A DNA stretch of 19,373 nt from Planctomycetota bacterium (GTDB lineage Bacteria > Planctomycetota > UBA1135): positions 1-19,373 of the forward strand of contig JASFYO010000088.1 in NCBI GenBank assembly GCA_045047305.1, read 5' to 3'. Positions within the stretch are counted from its first letter, which is position 1, and every line of letters begins with the position of its first letter. A program made the position numbers and the translations under genes. This document shows, piece by piece, positions 7,756-15,986 of this stretch. The notes beneath the pieces are model-generated. The model was not told the DNA's origin. It was given only the letters and a program-made list of their open reading frames with translations, and searched no databases.

Positions 7756-9426
7756 CTACTCCATATACCCGAGAGCCTTCATGGTCTCAATGAGCTTGGC
7801 ATCGTCGTCTTCGACATCGCCGCCCATCTCGCGCGGTGCGAGTTGCACGAAATCTTCGCGCACTTGTACAGGGTTGGCAGCGCGATATTCAGGAGTGAAA
7901 CAATCCTCCATCACGCGACCATCCATGTAATCCTCAACCGGAAGACCTAGCAAATGCAGCATGGTGGTGGCCATATCGGCGATTTGTGGCCCGGTGACGC
8001 GTTCCCCTTGCTTGATGATGCCTTTGCCTTCCCAGCCATAGATGCCTTGGGTGCGGTGCATCGCGGGGCGGCCCTCGACTGCTGGCTCAGCAACTACCGG
8101 GTGCAACGGCGATGGCGACATATTGCACGCGGTTTCCTTGGTGACACATTGAATGTCAGGAGCAATGTGCAACTGCTCCCCTTCCCAGAGATCTTCGCGC
8201 TTGAAGGCCCGCGCAATAATCTTGGCGCCATCAGGAGCCCGCATCTCTACAACCTTAGCGATGATTTCATCGCGCAAGGCTTCGTACTCAGCACCAGCCT
8301 TGACGATGCCTTCCGGCTCGCGACCTTCCAAGTTCATCAAAACGATGTCTTCTCCGCCAGAAAAACTGGAATACGCACGGGTCTTTGACCAATCAATCAT
8401 CTCCATGATGGTCGCCTCTTGGCCTTTGCCTAACTTGCGACCACGCTCGGTGAGGATCTTCAAAATGCCACTACGGCGCAAGGCACCATTCCACTTCTTC
8501 TGCATCCACAGCTTGCGCTTCATCGATTCGGCACTGGACTTTAGTACCAAGTAACCGTTATCCAGCAACCACTTGTTCATGTAGTAGCGATAAGTAATGC
8601 GCCCAAAACCGTGGTCAGAGCAAGTGCCAAAGACGGCCTCCCCTTCCATTTTGAGAGCACGATCGCGAATCCGGCCAAAAGCAGTGTCGACGGCGGTGTA
8701 GACGTCGGCGAGCAAATCTTTACGCGCCTCCCACTTGCCTGGGTTGGCCTTCTGCCATTGCGGATCCTGGTAGCACCAGGCTTGATGCGAGGTGAGGTCC
8801 ACCTGGCGAAAAACCAATACGAAAAAGTCTGGATCGTGATGATCTAAGACGTGTTCGCCCATGCGCGTGATTTGCTCAATCACGTGAAACATGCTCTTCA
8901 CCGCGGCACCTTCCGATGCGCTGTGAAACAGCATTTCAGGCTCATTGTCGGCAGGGACATCGCCGATGGCGGCCTCCAACTCCTGACGCAATTCAGGCGG
9001 ATGAATGAAGTCTGAGTGACGATCAGGGGTAAGCAAACCACCAATCATGCAACCGTTCACTTTTTCTACCGGGAAGGTTAAAGGCACCGTAATCGAGGCG
9101 ACCTTCTTGCCAGCCTCACTTGCAAGACGAAACACACTCGGCACTTGCACCGATTTCATGGAGACCACGGGGCGTTGATAACTACCATGCCGCTGTTCGC
9201 GAAAGAAGAACACTCCGTGCTTGCCCGGATGTACGCCTGTCATAAAGGAACTCCACGCGAGAGAAGAGTTTGGCGGCACCGTGCTGGTCAAAGGACCACA
9301 GCATCCATTTTTGACCATGGCTGCCAGATTGGGCAACTTGCCCGCTGCGATCATCGGGTTGATGATATCCCAGGTGGCGCCGTCGATGCCGGCGATGATG
9401 ACGCGCTTGCGAGGGGTCGAGGTCAT
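7756..9426 (-). CDS. Alkaline-phosphatase superfamily type I phosphodiesterase/nucleotide pyrophosphatase-like protein (COG3379-like), cytoplasmic
   Basis: Metal and nucleophile motifs GIDGATW, STVPPNSSLAWSSFMTG..PGKHG, DLTSH, SDHGF and AMHR, with a C-terminal MKALGY tail. No signal peptide. Confidence 0.88.
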   Translation of the reverse strand: MTSTPRKRVIIAGIDGATWDIINPMIAAGKLPNLAAMVKNGCCGPLTSTVPPNSSLAWSSFMTGVHPGKHGVFFFREQRHGSYQRPVVSMKSVQVPSVFRLASEAGKKVASITVPLTFPVEKVNGCMIGGLLTPDRHSDFIHPPELRQELEAAIGDVPADNEPEMLFHSASEGAAVKSMFHVIEQITRMGEHVLDHHDPDFFVLVFRQVDLTSHQAWCYQDPQWQKANPGKWEARKDLLADVYTAVDTAFGRIRDRALKMEGEAVFGTCSDHGFGRITYRYYMNKWLLDNGYLVLKSSAESMKRKLWMQKKWNGALRRSGILKILTERGRKLGKGQEATIMEMIDWSKTRAYSSFSGGEDIVLMNLEGREPEGIVKAGAEYEALRDEIIAKVVEMRAPDGAKIIARAFKREDLWEGEQLHIAPDIQCVTKETACNMSPSPLHPVVAEPAVEGRPAMHRTQGIYGWEGKGIIKQGERVTGPQIADMATTMLHLLGLPVEDYMDGRVMEDCFTPEYRAANPVQVREDFVQLAPREMGGDVEDDDAKLIETMKALGYME

Positions 9427-9487
9427 GCGGTTAAGGAGGGGTGCAAAAGAACCCTCAAGTGCAGGATACTCCGTCGGAGCACACTTT

Positions 9488-11017
9488 CTATGACCTTCCT
9501 AGCTTCCGTTTCAGGATATTCACCACTGCCGGATCCACTTGCTTAAGCGTAAGGCATGCAATCGCGTAAACCACCCCACCTACCGCCGCACCAAGAAAGA
9601 CTCGCTGATCGAGATTCAAGGCGAAAAGGACTGCGATCATGCCAGCCGTAAGCGCGTAATAAGGCACAGTTCTGACCAGTATGGGAAGAGGATTACCAAA
9701 CATACGCCCGACTAGAACCATCTTGATGACGAATTCTAAGCAAGCAGTCAATGCCGATGCATAAGCTGCGCCAAGAATGCCATAACGCGGAATCAAAATG
9801 ATATTGCACACCACACTGCTGGCGAGAATGGTGATGCCAACCAGTGGAATGCGTTTCTCCAATTCCTTCGAGCCAAGCATCAGCATGCCGACTGGGCCGC
9901 CGAGGCAATCGACCACCATGGCGAATAACAACACACGAAGCACTTCTGCAGTGCTGTGCAGCACTCCCATTTCTGGCGCGCCGTAGCGATAGGACTCACC
10001 GAACCATCCACAGATGATGTCGGAGTAAAGGAAAATCCCTGCTGCCATGGGGATGACCCAAAAAGCCTGCCAGCGAACTGCACGCCCATAAAGCGCATGC
10101 GTTGCAGCTTTGGCATCGCCGCCGGCCGAGGATTCGGTTAGGCGAGCAAGACGCGGGAACAAAGCGGTGTTAAACGCCATGGTGAAAGTTTGGAACACAA
10201 TCGCCACCCGCATGGCTTGGCCATAAAGGCCCCGCGCAAAATCAACATCTCCGGCCTTCCCATCAATGAGACTCACGAACAAAAAGCCCATGAGGAGCAC
10301 GTCGATGCGATTGCGCAACATGCGTAAAATACGGAATAGAGCCACGAAACCGGAGTTCTTAAGCAAATCCCAGGCACGCTTTGGGGTGGAACTGGGAATC
10401 GATTCGTTCGGCAACAAACGTTTATGTACCAGACGCGGCAACAACCAACCACGAAGACTGGAGCCGACTAAGAACATGGTGAAGATGCCAAACAGGCGCT
10501 GGTCCTCCGGCAGCACCATCATCGCAATGGTGGCACCGCCAGCACGCAAAAGGCCAGTGAGGATTTCCACCATCGCTGGCATCGCCATGCGCTCATGCCC
10601 CTGAAAGAGGGATTCACCAAGTGATCCCATGGCATCGGAGAGGGTGATGCCCATGACTAGCAGGAAAAGAATCAGGCGCTGGTCGAGCGGCTCGCCGTTG
10701 TACAGACTATCGATAATGAGGAATCCACCAAGCACCAAAGCCGCGGCAAGCGTTCCCATCCACATCGCGAGGCGGGCGTCTGCATAAAGGCGAGCAGACT
10801 GCTTGGGGTTACGCGCTACTTCGCGGGTAACGATGAGGGGAATGCCAAAACTAGAGATCATGCTGCCTAAAAACAGCAGGCTTCCCATGAGGGTGTAGAC
10901 GCCATTGATGTCCGGATTGACGTAACGCGGCAGGATGAAACCGAACATCGCGTAGATGGAAGTTCCGAGGAACTTCGCACCGGTCAGAAACAAAGTGTTG
11001 CGCGCAAGACTACTCAT
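9488..11017 (-). CDS. Wzx-type oligosaccharide/polysaccharide flippase (MOP superfamily)
   Basis: Starts LARNT and contains FGIPLIVTREVAR, ALFPRLAR and NIILIPRYGILGAAYAS, which are typical Wzx motifs. About 12-14 hydrophobic segments over 509 aa. Confidence 0.9.
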   Translation of the reverse strand: MSSLARNTLFLTGAKFLGTSIYAMFGFILPRYVNPDINGVYTLMGSLLFLGSMISSFGIPLIVTREVARNPKQSARLYADARLAMWMGTLAAALVLGGFLIIDSLYNGEPLDQRLILFLLVMGITLSDAMGSLGESLFQGHERMAMPAMVEILTGLLRAGGATIAMMVLPEDQRLFGIFTMFLVGSSLRGWLLPRLVHKRLLPNESIPSSTPKRAWDLLKNSGFVALFRILRMLRNRIDVLLMGFLFVSLIDGKAGDVDFARGLYGQAMRVAIVFQTFTMAFNTALFPRLARLTESSAGGDAKAATHALYGRAVRWQAFWVIPMAAGIFLYSDIICGWFGESYRYGAPEMGVLHSTAEVLRVLLFAMVVDCLGGPVGMLMLGSKELEKRIPLVGITILASSVVCNIILIPRYGILGAAYASALTACLEFVIKMVLVGRMFGNPLPILVRTVPYYALTAGMIAVLFALNLDQRVFLGAAVGGVVYAIACLTLKQVDPAVVNILKRKLGRS

Positions 11018-11032
11018 GGTCGCGGCAATCGT

Positions 11033-11752
11033 TTAGCGGAACAACGGAATCAAAGTTGGCCGAAGTTTCTGAAAGAGGTCGGCGGTTGCGCGGGTGTCCC
11101 GCAGGCAGTATTCGGCGATTTCATCATAACGACCAGCGCGTGCTTTTTGTGCCACCATGGAACCATCCATCTTGCCTTTGGGAGATTCTACGCCGAAGCG
11201 TCGGCACCAATAGTCCAAGGAATAGGATTCACGGGCGGCACCCATGAAATTCAGGACCTCCATTAAATCGCAGTGGTCACGCACGCTATAGCGATATCCA
11301 GCGAGTTGACGACTTGGAATGACATCTAGCATCGCAGAGCGAGTAAGTAGTACCGGGCCGTCGTAGCCGCGACCGTTGTAGGTGACCACCGTCCCCCATT
11401 CTGTAGCTAAACGCCAGAACTCCGTAAGTAATTCGCGCTCATTACCGCGAAACACTTTGGTGCCTGGGACTTCATCAAAGTCCTCCCACTTGCAGCCCGA
11501 ACCGTGAACCAAAACAGCGCCCTGATCTTTCGCAAGATTCCACATTCCAATCGAAACGACCCGTCCGAGACCGCGCACTAAGGCAAGACGGTTTTGAATA
11601 TCTTCCTCAGTACCACGCTTTTTGCGCGCCATTAAATAATGACGCGTGGCCTCGTCGACCTCTTCCCATTCCAGGCCCGCAACTTCGATATCGAAAGCAA
11701 CAATGGGAGAACGAAGGTTGGCTTGCGCGCTAGTAGAGTCGTTAGATGCCAT
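11033..11752 (-). CDS. Stand-alone DEDDy 3'-5' exonuclease related to the PolB exonuclease domain
   Basis: ExoI FDIE, ExoII TYNGRGYD and ExoIII EYCLRD, plus HCDL and SLD..C..FG..SPKG.MDGS.V, which are typical of the DNA_pol_B_exo2-like family. Confidence 0.87.
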   Translation of the reverse strand: MASNDSTSAQANLRSPIVAFDIEVAGLEWEEVDEATRHYLMARKKRGTEEDIQNRLALVRGLGRVVSIGMWNLAKDQGAVLVHGSGCKWEDFDEVPGTKVFRGNERELLTEFWRLATEWGTVVTYNGRGYDGPVLLTRSAMLDVIPSRQLAGYRYSVRDHCDLMEVLNFMGAARESYSLDYWCRRFGVESPKGKMDGSMVAQKARAGRYDEIAEYCLRDTRATADLFQKLRPTLIPLFR

Positions 11753-11754
11753 AA

Positions 11755-12240
11755 TTACGCGCCCTCATTTTCCGGAGGAGTATCGCCATCATGCACAGAA
11801 AGCACCGGGACCTTAGCCATGCGCACCACTCTTTCTGCGGTCGAGCCGAGTAGTAAATGCGCTAGGCCGCCACGTCCGTGGGTAGAAATGACGATGACCG
11901 AGCAATCGAATTCCGCTGCAGACTCAACCACCGCCACCGACGGCTTGCCTTTTTCAACCAAGTGCGCTTCCACCGTTGCTCCAAGCGCGCGGAGCTTTTC
12001 AGCTGCTGCCTCTAAAGCTTTGCGAGCCCCTGCACGAAACTCCTCACGGTAGTTGCCGAGATCAAGTGCACCCGGTGCCATATAGTCGGCGAAGACTGGC
12101 GCCGTGGCGACCAAATCATCTTCTAGCGCATGGATTAGATGGACGATGCCTCCATTAGGAGTCGCAAGCTTTGCGGCCCATGGATAAGCGTGCTCCGCCT
12201 GGGTGGAGAAATCTGTAGTAAGAAGGATGCGAGAAAACAT
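11755..12240 (-). CDS. Universal stress protein (UspA family)
   Basis: Starts MFSRILLTTDFS and carries the ATP-binding motif IVISTHGRGGLAHLLLGSTAERVVRMAKVPVLSV. Confidence 0.95.
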   Translation of the reverse strand: MFSRILLTTDFSTQAEHAYPWAAKLATPNGGIVHLIHALEDDLVATAPVFADYMAPGALDLGNYREEFRAGARKALEAAAEKLRALGATVEAHLVEKGKPSVAVVESAAEFDCSVIVISTHGRGGLAHLLLGSTAERVVRMAKVPVLSVHDGDTPPENEGA

Positions 12241-12291
12241 CTTCCACGCAGAATACCGCTTCCGGGGCGAGATGGGGCCGACCCCTTGGGT

Positions 12292-13746
12292 CTACTTAGC
12301 GTCGATTTTCTTTTGCACTTCCTCGTCACCGGAAGTTACGTAGCCAAGCTCTGCCATAGAACTCAGGAAATCATGATTTGCACCTTCCGTGGGCAAAAGC
12401 GGTCGGGTTGCAGCACGATAACCAACACGATAATCCTTGGGCGCTGGCGAGGGATTAGCCTCTTGCCAAGCTTTAGTCATTAAATGCCGCAAGGGCTTAC
12501 CCTCCATGTAGCTTCCACTAGGGAGGCCGAGCAGGTCAAGCAAGGTTGGGGTGATGTCATAGATGCTGCCGAGAGTGCGGTCCCCCCGGGGCTGTAGGCC
12601 GAAAGCTTGCACTCCTAGGCCGGATAAAATCATGACTCCTGGAGGCGCGAGATCGTGACCGCCGCTTTGCACATTATCGATGTCATTGACATTCGCGACA
12701 CCCATGCCGTGATCGCTGATAATCATCACGATGGCATTCTCCGGCAGTGCAGCAACCACCTGACCAATCCACTCATCCATTTGCTCATAGGCCTCATCAA
12801 TGTGCGAGCCGAGGCGCTTGACCTGATCTTCGGGAACTAGGTAGTTGTAGTTCTGTGGAGCACGGTAACGCCAAAAGTAGTGACCAGCGACATCGGGCAA
12901 GCCGAAGTAAAGCAGGTTCAAGTCGGCAATTTCTCCACCTTCCAGCATCTGCAAGAAAATCTTTTCATGAGTGCGATCGGCATGAAAGACACCACGGAAG
13001 AAACGATCACGTAGGAATGCGAACTTCCATTCTTGTGGAGTGGTACCAAAGCGTTGATTGAACTCCTGAACCAAGGGGCCTTTCGGACGTCCGTCGTAGA
13101 GAATGTCAGAAATGGAATCGGCAAGCTGTTCAGGGTAGGTCAAATCCGGTAAGCCGTCGGCCATAACCAAGGGCTTCCACAACAAAGAGGCCTGGGCCTG
13201 CGCGGCATAACTTGCAACGATACGACTATGTGGGACATGCTCAGCAGGCCAAGAAACCCACCATGCGACCGAGTTAACGCTGCGATCACTCTCACCGGCG
13301 AGGTTCCAAATCGCAGGAACCTTGCGCGAATTGGAAGTATAAGGCAGCGCGTTCTTGACCGGTTTGTTGTTATCCCCAATTTCCATGAAATAGCGAATAC
13401 CATGGTCTGGGACTTTGACTCCCGTGGCAATCGAAGTCCACAGAATCGGTGAGTAAGTGGGGCGGTCGGTGAATAGATTTCCCGCGATTCCGCTATCGCT
13501 AAGCTTCTTTAGGTTGGGCAATTTACCTTGCGCGAACAGTGGCTCAATCACATTCCAGGTGAGTCCATCCACGCCCAGTACCACGACGGGCGGGCGTTCT
13601 GTAAGCCGCACTTGTGGCCCCATCGGCGCTTGGGTTGCGGCTTCCACCGTCGTTGGCGCGGGCTCATCCCCACCGCATGCAGTGAAGAAAAACAGACACA
13701 AGGCCGCGAATCCGTATGTGGGTTGCAGTTTGGCGAAGAAGCACAC
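12292..13746 (-). CDS. Alkaline-phosphatase superfamily phosphodiesterase-like lipoprotein
   Basis: Lipobox LFFFTA-C-GG followed by a low-complexity linker. Motifs GVDGLTW, PTYSPILWTSIATG, DVAGH, SDHGM and GGH, with a C-terminal MAELGY. Confidence 0.85.
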   Translation of the reverse strand: MCFFAKLQPTYGFAALCLFFFTACGGDEPAPTTVEAATQAPMGPQVRLTERPPVVVLGVDGLTWNVIEPLFAQGKLPNLKKLSDSGIAGNLFTDRPTYSPILWTSIATGVKVPDHGIRYFMEIGDNNKPVKNALPYTSNSRKVPAIWNLAGESDRSVNSVAWWVSWPAEHVPHSRIVASYAAQAQASLLWKPLVMADGLPDLTYPEQLADSISDILYDGRPKGPLVQEFNQRFGTTPQEWKFAFLRDRFFRGVFHADRTHEKIFLQMLEGGEIADLNLLYFGLPDVAGHYFWRYRAPQNYNYLVPEDQVKRLGSHIDEAYEQMDEWIGQVVAALPENAIVMIISDHGMGVANVNDIDNVQSGGHDLAPPGVMILSGLGVQAFGLQPRGDRTLGSIYDITPTLLDLLGLPSGSYMEGKPLRHLMTKAWQEANPSPAPKDYRVGYRAATRPLLPTEGANHDFLSSMAELGYVTSGDEEVQKKIDAK

Positions 13747-13750
13747 GCTT

Positions 13751-15973
13751 CTATTCTACCGGAATACGGACAGGTACTGGGCGCTTGCGTAAACGTCTGC
13801 GAATGCCCCACCAACCGAAGAACAAAACTGCCCAACCAGGGATTTCACCACTTAGGTCAAAGGGCCCTTCCCGCTCGAAGTCAGCAGAACATCCGCCTCC
13901 ACCGCCACCCGACGCAGTCGCAGGACTGGAGGTGCCATTAAAGGTGAAACCTGAAGAAACTGCGCCTTGCCCACTGTTGGTCAAAACCATCAGTCCAAAG
14001 TTTCCGGCGTTGGCATTGCTGTCGGTGATAGCTTCCACTTCGGTCGCGGAGATTAGGTCCATTAAGGTGGCTACCTTGCCACCTTGGCCACTAGTGGGGT
14101 CGACGCCGAACTTGACTTGAGCAATCTCAGAAAGCGACACACCAAAAATTCGCACCAAAGTACCGCCAGCTTTCGGCCCGTTCGATGGAGTAAAAGAATT
14201 GATTCTTGGGTCTGGCGTGGCCACGTAGGTGAAGCCGTTACTCACCAAAGTGTCAGCGGATGCCGGGTTACGCAGAATGATATCGACCTGGCCGGCGGCG
14301 TGTGCGGGCGCAATAGCCTGCATGATTTTGGTGGTGACGAAGGTGGTGGTCGCGGAAACTCCGTCGATGAGGACTTGGGTTTGGGCACTGAAGTTATTAC
14401 CCACGATGTAAAGGCGCGTTCCTCCAGAGGATTGCCCTGCAGTTGGCAAAAGATCTTGGAACACGGCCGAGCCGGTGAAGGTAAAACCACTGGACAAGGT
14501 AGTCTGCTGTCCATCGCGATTGTGAATCGCAACATCGACCAGACCGGCAGAAGATACAGGAGTCGTGACGGTAAGAGTCGTGGAACTCACAAAAGTTACG
14601 TTTGCCGCCTCCACTCCACCAAACAAGACATAAGCCCCATTCTGGAAGTTAGAGCCACTCACAGTGAGGGTTTCGCCGCCAACGATACTACCCGTGGTAG
14701 CACTCAAACCAGAAATGGTGGGTGCATCCGCGATGACCTCCACCACTCCACTAGCGACCTCTAAATCACCGGCAGAATTTCGCAAGTAGAGATCGTAGGT
14801 TCCCAGAGTTGCGCCGCTCGATGCCGTCACCGTACCGCGCACAAAAGAAGTGCCACTGCTCACGTTACTAATGCTTAGACCAGCAGTTTTAGTGGTCATC
14901 GTCATAGCACCGTTTTCAAAACCAGTACCGAAAATGGTCACAATGCTGGCCTGGCCACGCTTCAGCAGTACAGCGCCATTTGCGTTATCGCGCATTGCGA
15001 TATCGTCACCGACATCTAAGATTCCCACATTCAATGTGGCGCCGGCATTCAAGGTATGCGTGGTTGGTGAGTCAAATCCACCGTAGAAAGCTGCTCGGAA
15101 ATCTGTTTCCACCGCACCATTTCCAGTCAAATGTGCCGCCGTCATTCCACCTTCTAAAGGCGTGACGTGAATCCAGTAATTGGCGGCGGGGATGCCCTTA
15201 ATGTTGAAAATGCCATTATTGTTGGTCGTAGCCATACCCATCAAACGGCCATCGCTAGCCCGTATTGCGCTGACGACAGCACCTACGATTTTATTCGAGC
15301 CGGTTAAGCGACGGATGGTTCCAGTCAAACGAGATTGTCCACCAGCACTCGCGATGGCGATGGCTCCGGCCTCCTCATCGGGAGTCAAAGACCTATGCAA
15401 CCATTGAGAAGTACTCACAAATGGCCACATCGTCCCGGCAACTTGCGGTGAATGATCGAGACCAACAAAGTGACCTATCTCGTGGGTCAAAACATCTTGA
15501 ACATCGAAGGTTCCAGGTGTGCCATCGGTGGAGAAATTGAACTGCGAACCGTTAAACAAGATATCGGCGTCAAGAATAGCCCCGTTTGCCGTATTGAAGG
15601 AAATCGGAGTGATGGCAACGATTCCACTCCCGCCAGGGAAGTACCCGGATGAGTTGTTCTCATCAAAAGCAACGATGTGGGTGCTATTGGGTGCAGGATC
15701 CACTGACGTCGTGTCGGCACCACGTGTGAAGTTCAACGTGGATCCAGTGACGTCTTCCCACACCTGAAACCCATGTTCAATCGCAGGGATAAAACTCTCA
15801 TCCGCGATGTTATCCGAACCCGTAGTGTTGAGCTGCCACGTAATGTTCGAGTTCGACCACGCCAAGTTTTTGTTGTTGATGCGAATGCGCACATACGCAT
15901 CTGCAGCACTGAAGCTCACTCCAAAAACTACGAGTAGGGCAAGCGCACTTTTCCATGTGCGAGGACCAAACAT
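13751..15973 (-). CDS. Secreted matrixin-like (metzincin) zinc metalloprotease with a beta-sandwich/carboxypeptidase-regulatory-like domain, IPT/TIG repeats and a C-terminal Gly6-Cys/TM/basic anchor
   Basis: Zinc motif HEIGHFVGLDH (15452-15484), Met-turn TMWP and ILDADILFN. From ATG 15973 (13 nt after the upstream stop) there is a signal peptide ending AADA. The ORF track start at 16069 would overlap the upstream gene. Confidence 0.88.
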   Translation of the reverse strand: MFGPRTWKSALALLVVFGVSFSAADAYVRIRINNKNLAWSNSNITWQLNTTGSDNIADESFIPAIEHGFQVWEDVTGSTLNFTRGADTTSVDPAPNSTHIVAFDENNSSGYFPGGSGIVAITPISFNTANGAILDADILFNGSQFNFSTDGTPGTFDVQDVLTHEIGHFVGLDHSPQVAGTMWPFVSTSQWLHRSLTPDEEAGAIAIASAGGQSRLTGTIRRLTGSNKIVGAVVSAIRASDGRLMGMATTNNNGIFNIKGIPAANYWIHVTPLEGGMTAAHLTGNGAVETDFRAAFYGGFDSPTTHTLNAGATLNVGILDVGDDIAMRDNANGAVLLKRGQASIVTIFGTGFENGAMTMTTKTAGLSISNVSSGTSFVRGTVTASSGATLGTYDLYLRNSAGDLEVASGVVEVIADAPTISGLSATTGSIVGGETLTVSGSNFQNGAYVLFGGVEAANVTFVSSTTLTVTTPVSSAGLVDVAIHNRDGQQTTLSSGFTFTGSAVFQDLLPTAGQSSGGTRLYIVGNNFSAQTQVLIDGVSATTTFVTTKIMQAIAPAHAAGQVDIILRNPASADTLVSNGFTYVATPDPRINSFTPSNGPKAGGTLVRIFGVSLSEIAQVKFGVDPTSGQGGKVATLMDLISATEVEAITDSNANAGNFGLMVLTNSGQGAVSSGFTFNGTSSPATASGGGGGGCSADFEREGPFDLSGEIPGWAVLFFGWWGIRRRLRKRPVPVRIPVE
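13940..14725 (-). repeat. Three tandem IPT/TIG domains within the protease (protein-level repeat; boundaries approximate)
   Basis: The units begin PTISGLSATTGSIVGGETLTVSGSNF, VFQDLLPTAGQSSGGTRLYIVGNNF and PRINSFTPSNGPKAGGTLVRIFG. They end GFTF, GFTY and GFTF. Confidence 0.85.
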
Positions 15974-15986
15974 GGATGCTTTAGGT

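Noticed and set aside
11033..11752. Exonuclease as part of an anti-phage, CRISPR or retron system
   Set aside because: No cas genes, repeat-spacer array, reverse transcriptase, toxin or mobile-element context was seen. The neighbours are housekeeping or envelope genes.
14084..14764. 226-aa + strand ORF
   Set aside because: It is antisense to the IPT/TIG region of the protease, with atypical composition and no motifs.
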